DNA of 64,000 nucleotides from Herminiimonas sp. (GTDB lineage Bacteria; Pseudomonadota; Gammaproteobacteria; Burkholderiales; Burkholderiaceae_D): NCBI GenBank assembly GCA_028292315.1, contig JAQGMO010000121.1, positions 4,237 to 68,236 of the forward strand, read 5' to 3'. Shown piece by piece: positions 56,059 to 64,000 of this stretch (position 1 is its first letter; each line of letters starts with the position of its first letter). The notes under the pieces were generated by a model. It saw only the letters and a program-made list of their open reading frames with translations, ran no database searches and was not told where the DNA came from. The position numbers and the translations under genes were made by a program.

Positions 56059-57861
56059 GTGAGCCAGCCGATCGTCATGAATAAAACCGTTCCGAAAGCG
56101 ATTGACCTTCAAATGATCTTCACCTGGCTGCTGGCCGATAAAATTCTCGGCAACGAGGATGCCAAGGTGCTCTACAACCAGGCGCGTGGCATCCTCAAAG
56201 GCAGCTCGACGTCGATGCATCCGCTCGTCGCGGTGGCGCAATGCAAGCTGCATTCGCCGGCGCCGCCGCACAAGCTGCTCACGCTGGACTGGCTGACCGA
56301 ATGGGTGGCCGGCAAGGTGCAAGTGCCGTTTTTCCGGATCGATCCGCTGAAGATCGATTTCACCCGGGTTGCCGACGTCATGTCCGCCACCTACGCCGCG
56401 CGCTTCAACATCCTGCCGGTCGAATTGACGACGACTGAACTGGTCATTGCCACAGCCGAACCGCTGCAAACGGAATGGCAAGCCGAGATCGCCAAGATCA
56501 CCCGGCGCAATATCCGGCTCGTGGTCGCCAATCCGCTCGACATTGCGCAATATATTTCCCAATTCTTTGCGTTGGCGAAATCGATCAAGAGCGCCAACAA
56601 GTCAAGCGGCCAGGATCTCAACCTGCGCAATAATTTCGAGCAGCTGGTCGAGTTGGGCAAATCGAGCAAGCAGGTCGACGCCAACGACCAGCACATCATC
56701 AACATCGTCGACTGGCTGTGGCAATACGCTTTCGAACAGCGCGCCTCCGATATTCACCTTGAGCCGAAGCGCGACATGGGCGCGGTGCGCTTCCGCATCG
56801 ACGGCGTGCTGCACCAGGTTTACCAGGTGCCGGCGGTGGTGCTGATTGCGATGACGGCGCGCATCAAGCTGCTGGGACGCATGGACGTGATTGAAAAGCG
56901 CCGCCCGCAGGATGGGCGCATCAAGACCCGCACCGCGGCCGGACAGGAAACCGAATTGCGCCTGTCGACTTTACCGACTGCGTTCGGCGAAAAACTGGTG
57001 ATGCGGATTTTCGATCCGGACGTCGTCGTCAAAACCCTGCCCGACCTGGGTTTTCCGCACGATGATGCGGCGCGCTGGGATGGCCTGACGAACCGGCCGC
57101 ACGGCATCATCCTGGTGACCGGCCCGACCGGCTCCGGTAAAACCACCACGCTCTATACTACGCTCAAGACGCTTGCCACGTCCGAGGTGAATGTCTGCAC
57201 GGTCGAAGACCCGATCGAAATGGTGGAAGCATCGTTCAACCAGATGCAGATCCAGCACGGCATCGACCTGACATTCGCCGAAGGCGTGCGGGCGCTGATG
57301 CGGCAGGATCCCGACATCATCATGGTCGGTGAAATTCGCGACCTGGAAACCGCCGAGATGGCGATTCAGGCCGCCCTGACCGGTCACCTGGTATTGTCGA
57401 CGCTGCATACCAATGATGCCCCCTCCGCCGTGATGCGGCTGCTGGAACTGGGGGTACCCTACTACCTCCTCGAGGCGACGCTGATCGGCATCCTGGCGCA
57501 GCGACTGGTGCGCACGCTGTGCGTCCATTGCAAGTCGCCGGGCGCCACGGTCGACGACGACATCTGGAACAACCTTGTCGAAGAATGGAAAATCGAAAAG
57601 CCGCACGCGGTCTATCGCCCGGTCGGCTGTCCGGAATGCCGCCAGACCGGTTTTCGCGGGCGCACCGGGCTCTATGAATTGCTGAGCGTGTCGCAGAGTT
57701 TTTCACGGATGATCCAGCCGGAAACCGATATTCATGCATTGCGCAGACAAAGCGTGGCCGACGGCATGAAGCCGTTGCGGATCGCCGGCGCGCTCAAGAT
57801 TGCCGAGGGCGTGACTACGCTCGAAGAGGTGTTGAAAGTGACCTCGGCGCTGACATCGTAG
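56059..57861 (+). CDS. GspE/PulE/PilB-family secretion ATPase
   Basis: 600 aa with Walker A VTGPTGSGKTTTL, the Asp box, Walker B IIMVGEIRD, a His box and the tetracysteine CxxC..CxxC (CVHCKSP..CPECRQTG). Confidence 0.9.
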   Translation: MSQPIVMNKTVPKAIDLQMIFTWLLADKILGNEDAKVLYNQARGILKGSSTSMHPLVAVAQCKLHSPAPPHKLLTLDWLTEWVAGKVQVPFFRIDPLKIDFTRVADVMSATYAARFNILPVELTTTELVIATAEPLQTEWQAEIAKITRRNIRLVVANPLDIAQYISQFFALAKSIKSANKSSGQDLNLRNNFEQLVELGKSSKQVDANDQHIINIVDWLWQYAFEQRASDIHLEPKRDMGAVRFRIDGVLHQVYQVPAVVLIAMTARIKLLGRMDVIEKRRPQDGRIKTRTAAGQETELRLSTLPTAFGEKLVMRIFDPDVVVKTLPDLGFPHDDAARWDGLTNRPHGIILVTGPTGSGKTTTLYTTLKTLATSEVNVCTVEDPIEMVEASFNQMQIQHGIDLTFAEGVRALMRQDPDIIMVGEIRDLETAEMAIQAALTGHLVLSTLHTNDAPSAVMRLLELGVPYYLLEATLIGILAQRLVRTLCVHCKSPGATVDDDIWNNLVEEWKIEKPHAVYRPVGCPECRQTGFRGRTGLYELLSVSQSFSRMIQPETDIHALRRQSVADGMKPLRIAGALKIAEGVTTLEEVLKVTSALTS

Positions 57862-58768
57862 GATGTGCGCTGCGGGCAGCTGCCAGGCCATCCCGTACTT
57901 GCGGGTAACGCAAGCGTATTCCGAGCTCGGCTTTCATGCGCGCATTGTCGAGGCGGCGCGACTCCGACATAAATGAATACAACATCGGCGATACCGCGTC
58001 CTTCAGTGCCGCGCGCGCCAGCCGTGGCGGCCGCGGCAGTTCAAACGTATCCGCGACCGCATCGAAATAGTCGCCCATCAGTAAATCCGAATCATCGACC
58101 GCGTGGTAGACGCGTCCGGGCGCCGCACGGAACAGCGCCAGCGCAATCAGGCGCGCGAGATCGTCGGCATGAATATGATTCGTGTAAACATCCTCGGCAG
58201 GCAGCAAAGCCGGAGTACCCTTTACCAGCCGCTCGAGCGGCAAGCGATCGGCCGCATAAATTCCCGGCACGCGCAGGATCGCCAGCCTGCCATGGGCGCG
58301 CCGGGCCCATCCCCGTAATAATCGCTCGGCATCGACCCGGCGCCGGGCGCGTGGATTCTGCGGATTGACAGGATGTGTCTCGTCGAAACATGCGCCGTTG
58401 CAATTTCCATAAACGCCTGTCGTGCTGACATAAACGAGCGTGGCCCCGTCGGGTAAAATGGCTGTCAGGTTGCGGGTACGCCTGTCCCCGGCGCCATCCG
58501 ATTGCGGCGGCGCCAGGTGCACGATCGCGGGTGCGAGGCATGCCAGGCGCGCCAGGCTGGCCGGATGGTCGAGGTCGGCGGCGACCGGTATGGCCCCGGC
58601 GGCTCGCAGTTCGGCATGGCGCGCGGGCTGGCTGGTAACGGCGAATACGCGAAACCGGTCGCGCACCAGGGACAATAAGCGCATGCCGACGTCGCCGCAG
58701 CCGACGATCAAAAGACGCGGCTTATTGAATTTTCCAGTGATTGTTTTACCGACTATATCTTTCATCAT
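57815..58768 (-). CDS. NAD-dependent epimerase/dehydratase (extended SDR) family protein
   Basis: Start trimmed to ATG 58768 (MMKDIVGK..RLLIVGCGDVGMRL, Rossmann). The track ORF extends to 59023 over the divergent gene. The 3' end overlaps the GspE-like gene by 47 nt (convergent). Confidence 0.75.
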   Translation of the reverse strand: MMKDIVGKTITGKFNKPRLLIVGCGDVGMRLLSLVRDRFRVFAVTSQPARHAELRAAGAIPVAADLDHPASLARLACLAPAIVHLAPPQSDGAGDRRTRNLTAILPDGATLVYVSTTGVYGNCNGACFDETHPVNPQNPRARRRVDAERLLRGWARRAHGRLAILRVPGIYAADRLPLERLVKGTPALLPAEDVYTNHIHADDLARLIALALFRAAPGRVYHAVDDSDLLMGDYFDAVADTFELPRPPRLARAALKDAVSPMLYSFMSESRRLDNARMKAELGIRLRYPQVRDGLAAARSAHPTMSAPRSLSTPLRA

Positions 58769-58777
58769 CAGGATTGT

Positions 58778-59806
58778 ATGACTTTCCAAGTAACTGTTCA
58801 GCCTAGCGGGCGGCAATTCGAGTGCGACGAAGGCGAAACCGTGCTGACCGCGGCGATCCGCGCCGGTGTCGGATTGCCCTACGGCTGCAAGAATGGCGCT
58901 TGCGGCACATGCAAGGGCAAACTTCTGTCCGGGGAAGTGACGCATGGCGCGCACCAGGAAAAGGCGTTGTCGGTAGCCGAGGAACGAAATGGTTATTCCT
59001 TGTTCTGTTGCGCGATACCGCATTCGGATATCGCGATCGAAGCGCGCGAAGTATTGGGCCTGGGCGACATCCCGATCAGAAAAATGCCGACGCGCGTCGC
59101 CGCGCTCGACAAGGTGACCGACGATGTGATGATTATTTCCCTGCAGCTACCGGCAACTGAGCGCATGCAATACCGGGCTGGCCAGTACATCGAATTCCTG
59201 CTGAAGGACGGTAAACGGCGCAGCTACAGTATGGCCAGTGCGCCGCACATCGGCGAGCAATTGAGCTTGCATATCCGTCATATGCCGGGCGGCGTATTTA
59301 CCGACCATGTCTTCAACACCATGAAAGTGCGCGACATCCTGCGCTTCGAAGGCCCTCTCGGCAGTTTCTTCCTGCGCGAAGATTCCGGCAAACCGATGGT
59401 ACTGCTGGCATCCGGCACCGGCTTTGCGCCGATCAAGGCGATCATCGAGGAAGCGACTCTGAAAAACACCGGACGTTCCATGGTCTTATACTGGGGCGGC
59501 CGCCGTCCGCAGGACCTGTACATGCATCGGCAATGCGAGGAATGGGCGCGCACGCTGCCGAACTTCAGGTATGTGCCCGTGATTTCCGACGCCCATCCGC
59601 AAGATAACTGGAGCGGACGGACCGGTTTCGTGCATCGGGCTGTCATGGAAGATTTGCCGGACCTGTCGGCGTACCAGGTATATGCATGCGGCGCCCCGGT
59701 GATGGTCGATTCGGCAAAACAGGATTTCGTCGCGCTATGCAAACTGCCTGAAGATGAATTTTTTGCCGATGCATTCACCAGCGAAGCGGACCTGGCCGCC
59801 GGCTGA
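58778..59806 (+). CDS. 2Fe-2S ferredoxin / FAD / NAD(P)H oxidoreductase (CDP-6-deoxy-3,4-glucoseen reductase AscD-like, FNR family)
   Basis: 342 aa with the plant-type ferredoxin CKNGACGTCKG, RSYSMAS (FAD) and LLASGTGFAPI (NAD). Confidence 0.85.
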   Translation: MTFQVTVQPSGRQFECDEGETVLTAAIRAGVGLPYGCKNGACGTCKGKLLSGEVTHGAHQEKALSVAEERNGYSLFCCAIPHSDIAIEAREVLGLGDIPIRKMPTRVAALDKVTDDVMIISLQLPATERMQYRAGQYIEFLLKDGKRRSYSMASAPHIGEQLSLHIRHMPGGVFTDHVFNTMKVRDILRFEGPLGSFFLREDSGKPMVLLASGTGFAPIKAIIEEATLKNTGRSMVLYWGGRRPQDLYMHRQCEEWARTLPNFRYVPVISDAHPQDNWSGRTGFVHRAVMEDLPDLSAYQVYACGAPVMVDSAKQDFVALCKLPEDEFFADAFTSEADLAAG

Positions 59807-59878
59807 GGCGCCTGCGAAAGTACACTGAGCATCGCAGGCTCGGGATCGGCCTGTAAGGGCGTCCGCAAGACGCTGTAT

Positions 59879-59907
59879 TTGACGCACCCGGGAAAACGAC
59901 TTAAGAT
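59879..59907 (+). promoter_or_regulatory. candidate sigma-70 promoter TTGACG-N17-TAAGAT
   Basis: The -35 is 59879-59884 and the -10 is 59902-59907, with exactly 17 nt between them. It lies 72 nt after the upstream stop codon and 94 nt before the terminator. Confidence 0.4.
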
Positions 59908-60000
59908 GTCCAGCATGAATACGACTGCCAAACTCTTGCGACGCCGTTCCCGCCTGCCTCAGCCCGGGATGCCCTGCGTGTAAGCATTTGTCTTTCGCTC

Positions 60001-60031
60001 AGCCACAGGCAATCCCTGTGGCTTTTTTTTT
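60001..60031 (+). terminator. intrinsic (rho-independent) terminator
   Basis: Perfect 9-bp stem agccacagg/cctgtggct, 5-nt loop caatc, then a run of 9 T. It ends 29 nt before the argD ATG. Confidence 0.8.
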
Positions 60032-60059
60032 GAACGGTTTTTTATCAGGAGCTTCCGAA

Positions 60060-61262
60060 ATGGAATTCAGCGAGTACGACACCAATGCCCTGCTTACGAT
60101 TACCAACCGGCCGCCGCTAGTCTTTACCGAAGGCGATGGCATGTGGCTCACTGACCATAATGGCAAACGTTATCTCGATTATCTGCAGGGATGGGCTGTC
60201 AACTGTCTCGGCCATTCACCGCAATGCGTGCAGGATGCGCTAGCCGTCCAGGCCAAAAAATTGATCAACCCTTCGCCGGCTTTCTATAACGAGCCGTCGA
60301 TCCGGCTGGCATCGATGCTGGTGGAGAATTCCTGCTTCGATCGCGTCTTTTTTGCCAATAGCGGCGCCGAAGCCAATGAAGGCGCGATCAAACTGGCGCG
60401 CAAATGGGGCAAATTAAACAAGAACAGCAAGGGTGAAAACCGTTACGAAATCATCACTTTCGACCATAGTTTCCACGGCCGCACGCTGGCAACCATGTCG
60501 GCCAGCGGCAAGACCGGCTGGGACACGATCTTTGCGCCGCAGGTGCCCGGCTTTCCCAAGGCGACATTGAACGATCTCGGCAGCGTTGAAAGCCTGCTGA
60601 CCGACCGGACCGTGGCCGTCATGCTGGAGCCGGTGCAGGGCGAAGGCGGCGTGATTCCGGCCACGCGCGAATTCATGAAAGGCTTGCGCGAGCTGACTCA
60701 AAAACATGGCTTGCTGCTGATCGTCGACGAAGTGCAAACCGGGATGGGACGCACTGGCGAATTATTTGCCTACCAGTTGTCGGATACGACGCCGGACATC
60801 ATGACGCTTGGCAAAGGCATAGGCGCCGGCGTGCCGCTGGCCGCCATGCTGTGCCGTGAAGAAATCGCCTGTTTTGAACCGGGTGACCAGGGCGGCACCT
60901 ATAACGGCAATCCACTGATGACGGCGGTAGGCGCCGCGGTGCTGGATGAATTGCTCAAGCCGGGCTTCATGAAATCGGTGCAGGATAAGGGGGCCTATCT
61001 CAGCGCCGAACTGCTGAACTTGAGCGACCGTCACGGCTTGCAGGGCGAGCGCGGTGAAGGACTGCTGCGGGCGCTGAAACTGGGCAAGGAAATCGGCCCG
61101 CAAATCGTCGAACTGGCGCGCGAGATGGGGCCGGTCGGCTTGCTGCTGAACTCGCCGCGTACGGATTTGCTGCGTTTCATGCCGGCGCTGAATGTCACGA
61201 CCGAGGAGATCGATCAAATGATTTCGATGCTGTCGGAGACCTTGAGGAAGCTCGGGCATTAA
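60060..61262 (+). CDS. argD: class III aminotransferase, acetylornithine aminotransferase-like
   Basis: Start trimmed to ATG 60060 (MEFSEYDTN..), with the AGGAG Shine-Dalgarno at 60047-60051, 8 nt upstream of the ATG. Motifs: ..[21 protein letters not shown].., ..[15 protein letters not shown].. and the Lys region ..[12 protein letters not shown]. Confidence 0.8.
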   Translation: MEFSEYDTNALLTITNRPPLVFTEGDGMWLTDHNGKRYLDYLQGWAVNCLGHSPQCVQDALAVQAKKLINPSPAFYNEPSIRLASMLVENSCFDRVFFANSGAEANEGAIKLARKWGKLNKNSKGENRYEIITFDHSFHGRTLATMSASGKTGWDTIFAPQVPGFPKATLNDLGSVESLLTDRTVAVMLEPVQGEGGVIPATREFMKGLRELTQKHGLLLIVDEVQTGMGRTGELFAYQLSDTTPDIMTLGKGIGAGVPLAAMLCREEIACFEPGDQGGTYNGNPLMTAVGAAVLDELLKPGFMKSVQDKGAYLSAELLNLSDRHGLQGERGEGLLRALKLGKEIGPQIVELAREMGPVGLLLNSPRTDLLRFMPALNVTTEEIDQMISMLSETLRKLGH

Positions 61263-61420
61263 ACAGGCGGGAGGCCGGCGCATCGTTTCGTGTGGCGTGT
61301 GTCCGGCGTGGCTGGATATCCCGGAAACCATTCCGGTATATGCGGCCACGCCGGATGGAAACACAAGTACGCGCCATCCGGTGATTGAGTGATACTTATT
61401 GCCGCCCTGTCTGACGCACC

Positions 61421-63169
61421 TTACTTCTTCTTCGGCACATAGAGATCGGTAATTACCCCCAAGCCCATCTCGGCCGCAAACATCGGCGTTTCCGACAAGG
61501 TCGGGTGCGCATGCACCGTCAGCGCCAAGTCTTCCAGATCGGCGCCCATTTCCATCGCGAGCACTGTCTCGGCCAATAATTCGCCTGCATTCACACCGAC
61601 GATACCGGCTCCGATGATGCGCTTGGTAACCGGGTCCCATAACAGCTTGGTCAGGCCGTCGTCACGCCCCATCGCCAGTGCGCGGCCGGACGCTGCCCAT
61701 GGGAAACTGGATTTTTCGAAGGGAATGCCCTTCTCCTTTGCTTCTGTCTCGGTCACGCCCATCCATGCGATTTCCGGATCTGTATACGCAACCGAAGGAA
61801 TCGTCATGGCGTCGAACTGGACCTTGTGGCCGGCGATCACTTCGGCCGCCACCTTCGCTTCATTGGTCGCCTTATGCGCCAGCATCGGATCGCCGCAGAT
61901 ATCGCCGATGGCAAAGATATTGGCAACATTGGTACGCTGCTGCTTATCGACCGGGATGAAGCCGCGTTCGTTGACGACCACACCGGCTTTCTCCGCCGCG
62001 ATATCCTTTCCGTTCGGCCGCCGGCCCACCGCCATCAGCACCATATCGTACAACTGCGGCTCATTCGGGGCGTTTTCGCCTTCGAAAGTCGCCAGCATGC
62101 CGTCCGCGCGCGCTTCAAGTTTCGTGACCTTGGTCTTCAGGTAAATCGCTTCATAGCGCTTTTCGATGCGCTTGTGCAAGGGCTTCACCACGTCGCGGTC
62201 GGCCGCAGGAATCAAGCCGTCGGCAAATTCGACCACCGTGATTTTGCTGCCGAGCGCGTCGTACACGCAGGCCATTTCCAGGCCAATGATTCCACCACCG
62301 ATTACCAACATCTTTTTTGGAATCTGACGCAGTTCGAGCGCGCCGGTCGAATCAGTCACGCGCGGGTCGTCGTAAGGAAATCCGGGAATCCGGGCGACCG
62401 AAGATCCAGCCGCGATGATCGCGTTCTTGAATGCGACTACCTTGGCGCCCTCTTTGGTCTCGACCGTCAGCGTATTGGGCGACGAGAATGCGCCCTTGCC
62501 TTCCACGACCTGCACTTTGCGCGCCTTGGCAAGCCCGGACAGGCCACCGGTCAGCTTCTTGACGACGCTTTCCTTCCAACCGCGCAATGCATCGATATCG
62601 ATCTCCGGATTCCCCATCTTGATGCCGAAATGCGACATCTCTTCCGCTTCGGTAACCACCTTTGCCGCGTGCAGCAGGGCTTTGGATGGAATACAGCCGA
62701 CGTTGAGGCAGACACCGCCAAGTGACGGGTAACGTTCCACCAGCACCACCTTCTGACCGAGGTCGGCCGCCCGGAATGCGGCGGTATAGCCGCCAGGGCC
62801 GGCCCCCAGAACCAGCGTGTCGCATTCGATATCGGCCTTGCCTGAAAAGCTGGCTACGGCAGGCGCGGGCGCCGCTGCGGGAGCGGAAGCCGGTGCAGCG
62901 GCCGGCGCCGGCGCTGTGGCGGTGGCGCCCTCGGTTTCAAGCAACAGCAGCAGCGAACCTTCCGCGACCTTGTCACCGATTTTGACTTTCAATTCCTTGA
63001 CCACGCCGGCCTGGCTGGACGGAATTTCCATGCTGGCCTTGTCGGATTCGACCGTGATCAGCGATTGGTCGACCGCAATCCTGTCGCCGGGCTTGACCAG
63101 CACTTCAATGACTTCCACTTCCTTGAAATCGCCGATATCCGGGACTTTGATTTCTGTCACACCTGTCAT
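61421..63169 (-). CDS. lpdA: dihydrolipoyl dehydrogenase (E3) with N-terminal lipoyl domain
   Basis: Start trimmed to ATG 63169 ([15 protein letters not shown]..). It has a lipoyl-Lys motif ..[15 protein letters not shown].., an Ala/Pro linker, and the redox disulfide [16 protein letters not shown]. Confidence 0.95.
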   Translation of the reverse strand: MTGVTEIKVPDIGDFKEVEVIEVLVKPGDRIAVDQSLITVESDKASMEIPSSQAGVVKELKVKIGDKVAEGSLLLLLETEGATATAPAPAAAPASAPAAAPAPAVASFSGKADIECDTLVLGAGPGGYTAAFRAADLGQKVVLVERYPSLGGVCLNVGCIPSKALLHAAKVVTEAEEMSHFGIKMGNPEIDIDALRGWKESVVKKLTGGLSGLAKARKVQVVEGKGAFSSPNTLTVETKEGAKVVAFKNAIIAAGSSVARIPGFPYDDPRVTDSTGALELRQIPKKMLVIGGGIIGLEMACVYDALGSKITVVEFADGLIPAADRDVVKPLHKRIEKRYEAIYLKTKVTKLEARADGMLATFEGENAPNEPQLYDMVLMAVGRRPNGKDIAAEKAGVVVNERGFIPVDKQQRTNVANIFAIGDICGDPMLAHKATNEAKVAAEVIAGHKVQFDAMTIPSVAYTDPEIAWMGVTETEAKEKGIPFEKSSFPWAASGRALAMGRDDGLTKLLWDPVTKRIIGAGIVGVNAGELLAETVLAMEMGADLEDLALTVHAHPTLSETPMFAAEMGLGVITDLYVPKKK

Positions 63170-63272
63170 AGCTATAGCTCCGTCCGCTCCCCTGCCCCGA
63201 TCAGGCCAATGGCCGGGACCGGGAACCGGGATAAGGCCGGAACGCCGCGGCATGCGGCGCCCCGTCCAGGGT

Positions 63273-63845
63273 TTATGAATTATTCACTGCAAAACTGAAA
63301 ATCCGGAATGGCCCCGACGAACTCTTGTCGAATTCCGCTCCGGCCTGCACACCGATTTCCGCTATCTCGCGGGCGCTACGCGCTTGGTCATAGACCGCAT
63401 ACATCGCACCCAACGCAAAATTCCTGCCGCTGCCGATACCCCAGAAGCGGTCAAAACTGAACACTTCCCGATACGAATACACGCCGAAAATACCGCTCGG
63501 GTTGGCAATCAGCGAAGTGATCTGCGACGACTCATACGGATCGTCCTCGTCTTCTTTCGTATTGAGGAAATATTTTTCCTTCAATATGTTATGCACCTGC
63601 GTATAAGTTTCGAACACTTCGTCCCGGCTGCCGAGCTTGCACTGGTCCGCCATCTCGGTAAGCAACTTGCGCATCACCGGAAAGTGGGCCGCCGTGCCGG
63701 CCAGCGTAATGTAGGAATCGCCGACCTTGAAAATCTTGTCGTTCGCCTCGTAGGCATTGGACAGGCGGGTGTCGCCGAAGGTAACGAGCGAATCCGATGC
63801 AATGGCGATTTCGTTATTCTTCTTGACGACAACGCAGGTGGTCAT
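63273..63845 (-). CDS. HslV/proteasome beta-subunit-like Ntn hydrolase, probable BPH (betaproteobacterial proteasome homologue)
   Basis: 190 aa. [59 protein letters not shown] parallels HslV (TTIVSVRR..IAGDGQ..K..GFAGGTADAF..GSGG), including a Thr right after the initiator Met. Confidence 0.7.
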   Translation of the reverse strand: MTTCVVVKKNNEIAIASDSLVTFGDTRLSNAYEANDKIFKVGDSYITLAGTAAHFPVMRKLLTEMADQCKLGSRDEVFETYTQVHNILKEKYFLNTKEDEDDPYESSQITSLIANPSGIFGVYSYREVFSFDRFWGIGSGRNFALGAMYAVYDQARSAREIAEIGVQAGAEFDKSSSGPFRIFSFAVNNS

Positions 63846-63963
63846 TGTTGGTCTCCACTAGAAAAGTCAGGCCGCGGTGCCGGCCGCAAAGCGGGAAAAT
63901 GTAGCGGCACTCAACTGTCCCGCCGGCCGGACCGACTGCGCGCCGTTTCCGAAATTCGGGAAT

Positions 63964-64000
63964 CTACAACAGAGTCTTCCGCATATCCGCCAGCACCTCG
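63964..64000 (-). CDS. aceF: 3' end of dihydrolipoamide acetyltransferase (E2) gene, truncated by the window edge
   Basis: The reverse strand reads ..EVLADMRKTLL-stop (TAG 63966..63964), a typical 2-oxoacid dehydrogenase E2 C-terminus. Only 11 codons are present, and the position is upstream of lpdA. Confidence 0.5.
   Translation of the reverse strand, partial: EVLADMRKTLL

Noticed and set aside
56059-56200. MshEN-type c-di-GMP-binding motif at the N-terminus of the GspE-like ATPase
   Set aside because: Aligning IFTWLLADKILGNEDAKVLYNQ to RLGxx(L/V/I)(L/V/I)xxG(L/V/I)(L/V/I)xxxxLxxxLxxQ fails at the key Arg, Gly and Gln positions.

Overview
This 64-kb window is about 60% GC. Gene content suggests a betaproteobacterial (Burkholderiales-like) chromosome: Bug/TctC binding proteins, lpdA with an N-terminal lipoyl domain, a BPH-type proteasome homologue, and parE-SLT-parC. 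That taxonomic call is an inference.

Layout:
- 1-10.6 kb: 13 co-directional flagellar basal-body and export genes in a non-enteric order (fliQ fliR flhB flhA / flgF flgG flgA flgH flgI / flgB flgC fliE fliF).
- 10.8-15.1 kb: a Gcr-family membrane protein and a MoxR-vWA pair.
- 15.1-19.3 kb: a low-GC two-gene insert.
- 19.3-25.6 kb: a degenerate receiver protein, then parE, an SLT transglycosylase and parC.
- 25.8-49.3 kb: regulators, two Bug/TctC binding proteins and many oxidoreductases and hydrolases (accessory catabolism).
- 49.3-64 kb: htpG with a textbook sigma-32 promoter, a degenerate GGDEF protein, a GspE-like ATPase, argD, lpdA, a BPH-like Ntn hydrolase and the end of aceF.

I saw no rRNA, tRNA, CRISPR array, transposase or integrase.

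The most interesting candidate is the low-GC insert. One gene encodes a protein with two tandem, near-perfect eukaryotic PAM2 motifs (LNPDAQEFKP and LRATANEFRP, the peptide bound by the MLLE domain of poly(A)-binding protein). The convergent neighbour encodes 28-residue ribonuclease-inhibitor-type leucine-rich repeats behind a possible F-box-like segment. Together they look like a pair of secreted effectors aimed at a eukaryotic host. I know of no precedent for the PAM2 mimicry, but that is from memory only.

Secondary leads are the alpha-like flagellar set, a GGNEF/RxxD c-di-GMP-receptor-like protein, the BPH homologue embedded in the pdh operon, and an Arg-rich mini-ORF plus terminator upstream of argD. 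All protein-family calls come from motif recognition by eye; no database search was possible.
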